Of a DNA stretch of 64,000 nt, positions 42,725-50,323 are shown piece after piece. Each line of letters starts with the position of its first letter. The first letter of the stretch is position 1. Location: the NCBI GenBank assembly GCA_963720755.1, contig CAVRGP010000013.1, forward strand, positions 241,780-305,779. Reading direction: 5' to 3'. The position numbers were made by a program, and so were the translations under genes. Source of the stretch: an uncultured Chloroflexia bacterium. GTDB lineage: Bacteria; Chloroflexota; Limnocylindria; Limnocylindrales; CSP1-4. The notes below the pieces were generated by a model. It did not search any database. It was not told the origin of the DNA and saw only the letters and a list, made by a program, of their open reading frames with translations.

Positions 42725-44962
42725 TCAGACTCCGGCCAGCGCGATCGGGTTGGTTTCGTCGTCATCGGTGGTGGCGGCGTCGTCGTCGGCCGCCGCGTTG
42801 CCGTCCGAGCCGGCCCCGCGGGCGCTCTCCTCGGCCAGGAACTGCTCGCGATAGAGCCGAGCGTACAGCCCGTCCTGGGCGAGCAGCTCGGCGTGGGTGC
42901 CCCGTTCCGCGATCCGGCCACGCTCGTAGACCATGATCCGGTCGGCGCGCAGGATGGTCGACAGCCGGTGGGCGATGGCGATCGTCGTCCGGCCCTCCAT
43001 CAGGCTCTCGAACGCTTTCTGGATGAGCCGCTCCGACACGGTGTCGAGGGCCGAGGTCGCCTCGTCGAGGATGAGGATCCGGGGGTCCTTGAGCAGCACC
43101 CGGGCGATGGCCAGGCGTTGCTTCTCGCCGCCCGACAGCTTGTAGCCGCGCTCTCCGACGAACGTGTCGTAGCCCTCGGGGAGTTCCATGATCCGGTCGT
43201 GGATGGACGCGGCCGTGGCGGCGGCGATGAGCTCCTCGTCGGTCGCCTCGGGCCGGGCGTAGCGCAGGTTGTCGTGGACCGAGGCGTGGAACAGGTACGT
43301 CTCCTGGGTCACGGCACCGACGATGTCGCCGAGCGAGGCGAGCGTGATCTTGCGCACGTCGGTGTCGTCGATCTCGACCGCGCCCGAGTCGACGTCGTAC
43401 AGCCGCGAGACGAGATAGGTCGTCGACGTCTTGCCGGCACCCGACGGCCCGACCAGGGCGACGAGCTCGCCGGGCTCGGCCACGAAGTCGATGTGGTCGA
43501 GCGCGAAGGGGACCTGGGTCGGGGCGTCGGGGGCACGGGGTCGGGGCGCCGCCGTCGGTGGTCGGGTCTGCATCCGTCGTCCCGAGATCGTGTCCGCAGT
43601 CGTGTCCGCCGCGCCGGTCATGGCGGCCACGTCGGGCTCGGCGGCCCATTCGGCGTCATCGAATGTGTCCTGGCCGAGGGCATCAGCCTCGCCGGCGGCC
43701 ACCGCGTCGTGGGCGCGCTGCGAGGGGACCGGTTCGGTCGGATAGGCGAACGAGACGTCGCGGAAACGGACTCGGCCGCGGGTCGTCGCCGGACGCATCG
43801 TGACCGCGTCGGGCGCATCGACGATCTCCGGGTCCATCTCGAGGTATTCGAAGATCCGGTCGAACAGGGCGAGCGAGCCCTGCAGCTCGACCTGGATGTT
43901 GAGCAGCTGGCCGAGCGGGAAGAAGAGTCGACTCTGGAGGGTCGTGAAGGCGACGATCGTGCCGGCGGTCGGGGCGTCGGGGCTGCCGTTCGCCGCGAGC
44001 GTGCCGGCCAGCCAGTACACGAACGCGGGCATGATCGAGAAGATCGTGCCGATGATCATGAAGAACCAGCGCCCGACCATCGCCTGGCGGATCTGGAGCA
44101 CGGCCAGTCGCTGGTTGAGGGCCCGGAACTTGACGATGGCGTTGGCCTGCTGGCCGAACGTCTTCGACAGCAGGATCCCCGACACGCTGAGGGTCTCCTC
44201 GGTCGTCGCGCTCAGTTCGGCGAGGGATTGCTGGGTCTCGGTCGAGACCTCGCGGCGGACCTTGCCGACTCGGTAGGTGAGGTAGAGGAAGAACGGGGTC
44301 AGGGCGAGCGACAGGAGCGCGAGCCGCCAGTCGAGCAGGAACATCGCGATGATCGTGCTGGTCGCGATGGCCAGGTTGCTGGTCAGCGAGCTGGCCGTGT
44401 CGGTGACGACGGCCTGGACGCCGCCGACGTCATTGGCCAGTCGGCTCTGGATCTCGCCGGTACGCGTTTCGGTGAAGAAGCGCAGCGGCATCGACTGCAG
44501 GTGGGCGTACAGCGCGCCGCGCAGGTCCTGCATCACGCTCTGGCCGATGACGTTGTTGAGGTAGCTCTGGCCGACCCCGATCAAGCCCGTGATGATCGGC
44601 AGGATGATCATCAGGCCGACGTACAGGTTCAGGTTCGTGTAGTCGCCGCCGATGATGACCTGGTCGAGAAGGACGCCGAGCAGGAGCGGGTTGATCAGGC
44701 CGATGAGGCTGGTCGTCAGGATCGCGACGAGGACGACGACGACCTGCAGTCGATACGGCTTGAAGAAGATCAGGATGCGGCGGAGGGTCCGGCCACGTCG
44801 CTCCTTGGGGACGGGGGTGAAGTCGCGGCTGACCCCGCTGCCGAAGGGACCGCCTCGTCCGCCTCCGCCGCCGGTGCCGCCGGTGCCGCCGCCGATGCGC
44901 CCGCCGCGGCCACCGACCGCGCCACCGGTCGCTGTCCGCGTCTGTCCTCGTGGAAACCCCAT
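42725..44962 (-). CDS. ABC exporter, fused permease-ATPase
   Basis: TMD (RTGEIQSRL), GPSGAGKTS, LSGGEKQR, ILDEATSALD, IAHRLST. Confidence 0.93.
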   Translation of the reverse strand: MGFPRGQTRTATGGAVGGRGGRIGGGTGGTGGGGGRGGPFGSGVSRDFTPVPKERRGRTLRRILIFFKPYRLQVVVVLVAILTTSLIGLINPLLLGVLLDQVIIGGDYTNLNLYVGLMIILPIITGLIGVGQSYLNNVIGQSVMQDLRGALYAHLQSMPLRFFTETRTGEIQSRLANDVGGVQAVVTDTASSLTSNLAIATSTIIAMFLLDWRLALLSLALTPFFLYLTYRVGKVRREVSTETQQSLAELSATTEETLSVSGILLSKTFGQQANAIVKFRALNQRLAVLQIRQAMVGRWFFMIIGTIFSIMPAFVYWLAGTLAANGSPDAPTAGTIVAFTTLQSRLFFPLGQLLNIQVELQGSLALFDRIFEYLEMDPEIVDAPDAVTMRPATTRGRVRFRDVSFAYPTEPVPSQRAHDAVAAGEADALGQDTFDDAEWAAEPDVAAMTGAADTTADTISGRRMQTRPPTAAPRPRAPDAPTQVPFALDHIDFVAEPGELVALVGPSGAGKTSTTYLVSRLYDVDSGAVEIDDTDVRKITLASLGDIVGAVTQETYLFHASVHDNLRYARPEATDEELIAAATAASIHDRIMELPEGYDTFVGERGYKLSGGEKQRLAIARVLLKDPRILILDEATSALDTVSERLIQKAFESLMEGRTTIAIAHRLSTILRADRIMVYERGRIAERGTHAELLAQDGLYARLYREQFLAEESARGAGSDGNAAADDDAATTDDDETNPIALAGV

Positions 44963-45011
44963 CCGGCGACGCTACCACGGGTGCCGCGTGGTCGCAGGTG
45001 GCGTCGCGGTT

Positions 45012-45072
45012 TGATGCTTGATTTCAGGCGGTCGGTGGACATCCTCCTGCGGTATGCGCGTAGGCGGCATCA
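45012..45072 (+). repeat. Bipartite element, copy C
   Basis: TGATGCTTGATT-N29-TATGCGCGTAGGCGGCATCA. Confidence 0.9.
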
Positions 45073-45095
45073 AGGCGGTGGGGCCGCGTTCGATC

Positions 45096-45271
45096 GCCCG
45101 TCGACCGCCAGCCAAGCGCCTGCCAATTGCCAGCCAAGCGCCTGCCTATTGCCAGCCAAGCGCCTGCCCATTGCCAGCCAAGCGCCTGCCAATTGCCAGC
45201 CAAGCGGCAGGCGACCGCCCGTCGATCGCCAGCCAAGCGACAGCTAAGCGCTTGCCAAGCGCTGGTCGATC
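45096..45271. repeat. Phased array of sixteen 11-bp units (core 4 x 22 bp)
   Basis: GCCAGCCAAGC/GCCTGCCNATT alternation at 45107-45194; degenerate 11-mers keep register from 45096 to 45271. Confidence 0.85.
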
Positions 45272-45292
45272 GGCCACGCGTACGGTGCCGAC

Positions 45293-45697
45293 GTGAACTG
45301 GGACAGTCAGCGCCCGCGCGATCCACAGCAGCAGCACGGGTTCGATCTCATCGGCTGGTCAATCAAGCGCCGACGCCTGGCGAGGCACTGGACGCAACGT
45401 CAACTCGAGGTGCAGTGCGGCATCGATCAGACCGTCATCAGTCGGCTCGAGAACGGCCGGCAGTACGGCCTCAAGTGGCGCCGATTCGCCGACCTTGTCG
45501 ATGCACTCGGGGGTCTCGATATGCCGCCCGGGAGCTTCCCGCCCGCCGGGCTCCCGAAGCCATCTGCGAACCGTGAGTCGGATGCTCCGGCCCGAACCGA
45601 CGATATCGAGGACTCGGCCGGATCCGATCGGCTCGCCAACCGGGACTCGTTCGATGATCCCGACTTGTTCGACGATCCGGATCTGTTCGGCGGCTAG
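45293..45697 (+). CDS. XRE-family helix-turn-helix protein
   Basis: IKRRRLARHWTQRQLEVQCGIDQTVISRLENG; TACGGT 6 nt before GTG. Confidence 0.8.
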   Translation: MNWDSQRPRDPQQQHGFDLIGWSIKRRRLARHWTQRQLEVQCGIDQTVISRLENGRQYGLKWRRFADLVDALGGLDMPPGSFPPAGLPKPSANRESDAPARTDDIEDSAGSDRLANRDSFDDPDLFDDPDLFGG

Positions 45698-45739
45698 GGA
45701 CTCTCTGCGCCCCGACGCGAAGGCTCATCGCCCCGGGCC

Positions 45740-45800
45740 TGATGCCGCCTACGCGCATACCGACCAGTGGGTCCCAAAAGGTGCCTGGAATCAAGCATCA
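45740..45800 (-). repeat. Bipartite element, copy D (inverted partner of C)
   Basis: Plus strand TGATGCCGCCTACGCGCATA-N29-AATCAAGCATCA. Confidence 0.9.
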
Positions 45801-45871
45801 AACGCGCCGCGGGCAAGGCAGCCGCCTCGGCCCGGCGGCGGGTCGGCCCTCGGCGCCGCGGCCGCGCCGAC

Positions 45872-46903
45872 CTACCAGGCGGTGGCGGTCGCGGCCTCGG
45901 TGATGCCCTGGGCTTCGAGCCAGCGCTCGGCGTCGATGGCGGCCTTGCAGCCGTCGGCTGCGGCGGTGACGGCCTGGCGGTATCGATGGTCGTGGACGTC
46001 GCCGGCGATGAACACGCCGTCGACCTTGGAGCCGGTCTCGTCGTGGACGACGAGGTAGCCCTTCTCGTCGACATCGAGCCAATCGCGGAAGGCCTCGGTG
46101 TTCGGCCGATAGCCGATGGCGATGAACACGCCGCCGACATCGAGTCGGGTCTGGTCGCCGGTCCGGGTATCGGACACGAGTAGCCCCTCGACCTTGTTCT
46201 CGCCGACCACCTCGTCGACCGCGGTGTTCGGGTGGATCTCGATCTTGTCGTGGGCCGTCGCCCGGTCGACCATGATCTTGGAGGCACGGAACGAGTCGCG
46301 ACGGTGGAGCAGGTGGACCTTCGTGGCGAAGCGGGTGAGGTAGGTGGCCTCCTCGAAGGCGGTGTCGCCGCCGCCGATGACCGCGATCTCCTGGTCCTTG
46401 AAGAAGAAGCCGTCGCAGGTCGCGCAGGCGGACACGCCGCGGCCGCGCAACCGGGTCTCGCTGTCGAGGCCGAGCCACAGGGCCGACGCGCCGGTCGCCA
46501 CGATCACGGCCTGGGCGCGGTACTCGGTGCCGTGCGCCCAGATCCGGAACGGACGCTCGGAGAAGTCGACCCGATCGATGTCCGAATCGACCATGCGGGC
46601 ACCGAATCGCTCGGCCTGGGCTCGCATCGCGGCCATCAGGTCGGGGCCCTGGATGCCGTCGACGAAGCCCGGGTAGTTCTCGACGTCGCTGGTCAGCATC
46701 AGCTGGCCGCCCGGAGCGGAACCGGCCAGGACGACGGGCTCGAGGTTGGCCCGGGCGGCATAGATCGCCGCGGTCAGGCCGGCCGGACCGGACCCGACGA
46801 TGACGACCTTGGCATCGACGTGGCCCCCGCCGCTCAGTGGGGTGGAGGGGCCGGACGATGCCGGTTCGTCGAAGGTGGTGGCGAAACCGCCGAACTCTGT
46901 CAT
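45872..46903 (-). CDS. trxB: Thioredoxin reductase
   Basis: GSGPAG, GGQL, CATCDG, GGGDTA, AGDV...YRQAVTAA. Confidence 0.95.
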   Translation of the reverse strand: MTEFGGFATTFDEPASSGPSTPLSGGGHVDAKVVIVGSGPAGLTAAIYAARANLEPVVLAGSAPGGQLMLTSDVENYPGFVDGIQGPDLMAAMRAQAERFGARMVDSDIDRVDFSERPFRIWAHGTEYRAQAVIVATGASALWLGLDSETRLRGRGVSACATCDGFFFKDQEIAVIGGGDTAFEEATYLTRFATKVHLLHRRDSFRASKIMVDRATAHDKIEIHPNTAVDEVVGENKVEGLLVSDTRTGDQTRLDVGGVFIAIGYRPNTEAFRDWLDVDEKGYLVVHDETGSKVDGVFIAGDVHDHRYRQAVTAAADGCKAAIDAERWLEAQGITEAATATAW

Positions 46904-46925
46904 GGCCTCATCGTATCACTCTTGC

Positions 46926-46944
46926 GATACCCCCTGGGGGTATC
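46926..46944. promoter_or_regulatory. CsoR/RcnR-family operator-like palindrome upstream of trxB
   Basis: Perfect GATACCCCC-T-GGGGGTATC, upstream of TGA-TACGAT extended -10 (46910-46918, minus strand). Confidence 0.7.
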
Positions 46945-46961
46945 TGTGGAGGGTCCGGATA

Positions 46962-47876
46962 TCAGGGTAGGGTCCGGAGTTGGGGGATCACGTCGCGACC
47001 GAACCGCTCGAGCGCGGCGAGATCGGCGAAGCCCTTGTACGACACGATGACGTGGTCGGCTCCCGCGTCGGACAGGTCGCCGAAGCGGTCGATGATCTCG
47101 TCGGGCGATTCGGCGCTGGTCGCGGCGGCACCGCCCTCCGCGGGCCCGGCGAAGCGGACCTGCTGCAGGGTCGAGTGCTCGATCTCGGCCGGGTCGCGAC
47201 CGATCGCGGCGCAATGCTCGGCCAGGATCGCGTACTTGCGGGCGATGCCCTCGGGGGTGCCGAAGACGTTGGTCGCGTCGCCGTACTGGGCCACGAGGCG
47301 CAGGGTCTTCTTCTCGCCACCGCCACCGATCATGATCGGGACCCTGGGGCGTGACAGCGACTGCGGGGAGTTGAGGAGCCTGGTCGCCTCGTAGTGGCGG
47401 CCGTGGAACTCGCCCTCCGTGCCGTGGTCGCCGTCCATCATCTGGTGGGCGATCTGGAGCGTCTCCTCGAGCAGTTCGAAGCGCTCGCCGAGCGGCGGGA
47501 AGGGGAAGCCGAGGCTGTTCGACTCGTACTCGTTCCAGGCGGCGCCGATCCCGAGCCAGGCCCGACCGCCCGACAGGACGTCGAGGGTGGTGGCGGCCTT
47601 GACCCACAGGCCGGGGTGTCGGTAGTGGACACCACCGACCATCAGGCCGAGGCGGGCTCGCTTGGTGTGCGCGGCCAGGAACCCGAGCGTCGTCCAGCCC
47701 TCGAGCATCGGTTCCTCGACGGCACCGACGCCACGGATCTGGAAGAAGTGATCCATCACCCAGATCGAGTCGAAGCCGACGTCGTCGGCCGTGCGCGCGA
47801 TCTCGGCAAGGGTCGGGGCGATCGCGGCCGTGCCACCGGGCCACGTGAACGAGCTGATCTGCAGGCCGATCTTCAT
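46962..47876 (-). CDS. LLM-class F420-dependent oxidoreductase
   Basis: GFDSIWVMDHFFQI, TLDVLSGGRAWLGIGAAW, IMIGGGGEKKTLRLVA. Confidence 0.9.
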   Translation of the reverse strand: MKIGLQISSFTWPGGTAAIAPTLAEIARTADDVGFDSIWVMDHFFQIRGVGAVEEPMLEGWTTLGFLAAHTKRARLGLMVGGVHYRHPGLWVKAATTLDVLSGGRAWLGIGAAWNEYESNSLGFPFPPLGERFELLEETLQIAHQMMDGDHGTEGEFHGRHYEATRLLNSPQSLSRPRVPIMIGGGGEKKTLRLVAQYGDATNVFGTPEGIARKYAILAEHCAAIGRDPAEIEHSTLQQVRFAGPAEGGAAATSAESPDEIIDRFGDLSDAGADHVIVSYKGFADLAALERFGRDVIPQLRTLP

Positions 47877-47924
47877 TTCGTTGCGTAGCGTACCAAAATA
47901 GGCCCGAGGGGCCCCGCGGCGGTT

Positions 47925-47984
47925 TGATGCTCGATTTCAGGCGTTCAGTGGGACCCCGTTCCCGATATGCGTGTAGGCGGCATA
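47925..47984 (+). repeat. Bipartite element, copy E (no adjacent partner)
   Basis: TGATGCTCGATT-N29-TATGCGTGTAGGCGGCATA. Confidence 0.88.
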
Positions 47985-48036
47985 TTTCGCGTCCGAGGGT
48001 CTTCGCGGCGGGGCCGGGGGCGGATCCGGAGCCCGC

Positions 48037-49316
48037 TTGACGCGGCCACCTCGCGACCCCGACAGTCCGCAGGTGCACGAACCGCCGACCGAACCAGAAA
48101 CGCCCGGAAACGATGTCCCGCCTCGGGACGTCGATTGTGGGTCCAGCCCGCCGAGCCGGAACCCGACACGACGCCAGCGTCCGGGGGAGCCATCGACCGC
48201 GAGGATGGCGCTGGCCACGACGATGGCGCTGGCCACGATGATGGCGCTGACGCCGAGGATGAGGCCGGCGCCGAGGTCGAAGACGCCGAGGACGAATACG
48301 GGGACGACGGCGACGACGACCGGGACGAGGAGGACGCGCAGGCCGAGCCCGGCGGCCCGGGCGTGCCGGCTCGATGGGCGGCGTTCGTGTTCTTCGCGCT
48401 CGGTGGCGTCGTCCTGTGGCTCGCGTACCTTGACATCGCGAACTCTGTCGTCCTGTCGCCGGAGTTGGTGGTTCGATTCCTGGTGCTGGCCGCCCCGGCG
48501 GTCTGCGCGGTCCTCATCCCCGGGGCGATCCTGCTCCGACACCCGGATGCCTGGTACCGCGGGCGGACCCTCCTGTTCGGTGCCCTGGTCTTTGCCTCGA
48601 CGTCGTTCTTCCACACGATCGAGCGGTCGCTCCAGGAGACGTTCGGAAACCTGACCCCGCCGCCACAAAGCGGGCTCGATTGGTTCGTCCCGTCGGCCAT
48701 CGTCTATTCGGGGTTCGTCACGATCCTCGGGCTGTTCGGGCTGCTCTACCTCGGCGTCGGCCTGTCCAGGGCCAGGAACTACGAGGACGTCGGCCGATCG
48801 AGGGTGGCAGCGGTGGCGCTGTTGGTCGTCGCGGCCATCTCGGTCCTTGGCCGGCTCTTCGTGCTCACGAAGGTCGACTTCGGCGACCCGCGCCTGACCT
48901 GGGATCTGCAGCTCTACGTCGTCTCGATCGTGGTCCTGGGGATCCTGACCACGCTGACCTGGACCTACCTCGCGATCACGCTGACCCGGTCCGCGCTCGC
49001 CGGTGAGGAGCCCGTCGCGGGCTGGGCGCTGGGGGCTATCGGGGCCTGGCTCGTGATGCTGTCATTCCTCGTCGTCGCCGTGGCCACGTTCGTGACGATC
49101 ACGAGCCAGGATCTTGCCAACATGGTCGACGACATTCGAGTCGGTCTGAATGCGTTCGGGCCGATCGCGCTCGTCATCGGGTTCCTGCTCGGGCTGCCGT
49201 CATTCGAGCGGGTCACCTGGGACGACGAGGCGGACTCCGATGCCACTGTCGACGAGTTCGACGCCGAGGTCGACGACGAGGTCGAGGCGGCGGCCATGGG
49301 CTCGTCGCTGGTCTGA
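48037..49316 (+). CDS. Hypothetical multi-pass membrane protein with acidic termini (start uncertain, possible frameshift near 48135)
   Basis: About 8 hydrophobic segments flanked by Asp/Glu-rich tails. Confidence 0.65.
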
Positions 49317-49332
49317 GGGCTGTTGGTCGGCT

Positions 49333-49391
49333 TGATGCTGATTCGAGGCGGTCCCGGGACGCCTCCCGTTCGTATGCGCGTAGGCGGCATA
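49333..49391 (+). repeat. Bipartite element, copy F
   Basis: TGATGCT-GATT (one T missing)-N29-TATGCGCGTAGGCGGCATA. Confidence 0.88.
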
Positions 49392-49537
49392 TCGGGAGGC
49401 GCATCGGCGAGTGACCCGCGGCGAGGTCCCACCGTGTGAAGGGCGAGTCTGCGCGGACGGCGCCCGACGCCCCTGGGGCGGCTCGGCTTGGCCGCCGGCC
49501 CGATCCACCCGGTACGCCGCCAGCTCCTCGGTGCCCT

Positions 49538-49598
49538 TGATGCCGCCTACGCGCATACCGCCAGCGGAGGTCGTCGGACCGCCCCAAATCAAGCATCA
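49538..49598 (-). repeat. Bipartite element, copy G (inverted partner of F)
   Basis: Plus strand TGATGCCGCCTACGCGCATA-N29-AATCAAGCATCA. Confidence 0.9.
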
Positions 49599-49680
49599 AC
49601 GTGGTGCCTGGTGGCACCGCTAGTGACAGACAGCTGGCACGGGCCAGGCACAGTCTCGGAACGTACCGAGGGAGCGACCG

Positions 49681-49869
49681 ATGGAAGAACCGACCGATCT
49701 GGATGAACCGATCCTGTACTGCGCGACGTGCGGCGCGCCGCTCACCGGGGACCCGGACGAGGATCCGACGGGCGACGCGGGCATGCCGATCTGCGGCGAA
49801 TGCGAGCGCAATCGCGACTTCTTCGCGATGGACGCGGCGGACGGCGACCTGGACGGCGAGATCCGGTGA
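49681..49869 (+). CDS. Small acidic CxxC...CxxC (zinc-ribbon-like) protein
   Basis: CATC and CGEC in 62 aa; SD GAGGGAG. Confidence 0.65.
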   Translation: MEEPTDLDEPILYCATCGAPLTGDPDEDPTGDAGMPICGECERNRDFFAMDAADGDLDGEIR

Positions 49870-49905
49870 GGGCGTTCGGGCTAGGATGGGGACGGTGATG
49901 ACTCG

Positions 49906-50323
49906 ATGACCGCACGACCGGATCAACGAGGGCCGGGCCTGCTGGTTCGGGCGCTGTGGTTCCTGTTCATCGGCTGGTGGCTGAGCGGGATCGCGATCGT
50001 GGTCGCGTACTTCTGCTGCGTGGTGATCATCCTGCTGCCGCTCGGGTTCATGATCTTCAACCGATTGCCGGCGATCCTGACGCTGCGACCGCGCAGCGAC
50101 GGCGAGGTCGAGGTCCGCGACGGCGTCGCGTACAGTCGGGGCGGCACCAACCGATCAGCTCCCGCTCTGGATCCGGGCCATCTGGTTCATCTTCGTCGGC
50201 TGGTGGCTCGGCTGGTTCTACCTGCTGATCGCCTGGCTGTTGTGCGTGATCATCATCGGGCTGCCGATCGGCCTGTGGATGATGAACCGGGTCGGTGCCG
50301 TCATGACCCTGCTCCGCTACTGA
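49906..50323 (+). CDS. YccF-domain membrane protein; frameshift near 50150
   Basis: Two copies of RA(L/I)WF(L/I)F(I/V)GWWL...II(L/G)LP(L/I)G in different frames. Confidence 0.75.

Noticed and set aside
45096-45271. 22-bp repeats as a CRISPR array
   Set aside because: Units are contiguous with no unique spacers.
41253-49598. Bipartite repeats as a CRISPR array or integron attC sites
   Set aside because: Copies are dispersed and inverted rather than tandem; there is no cas or intI gene and no RYYYAAC/GTTRRRY ends.
49635-49650. Sigma54-like TGGCAC-N5-AGGC upstream of the small Cys protein
   Set aside because: Poor -12 match, and no sigma54 activator is evident in the window.
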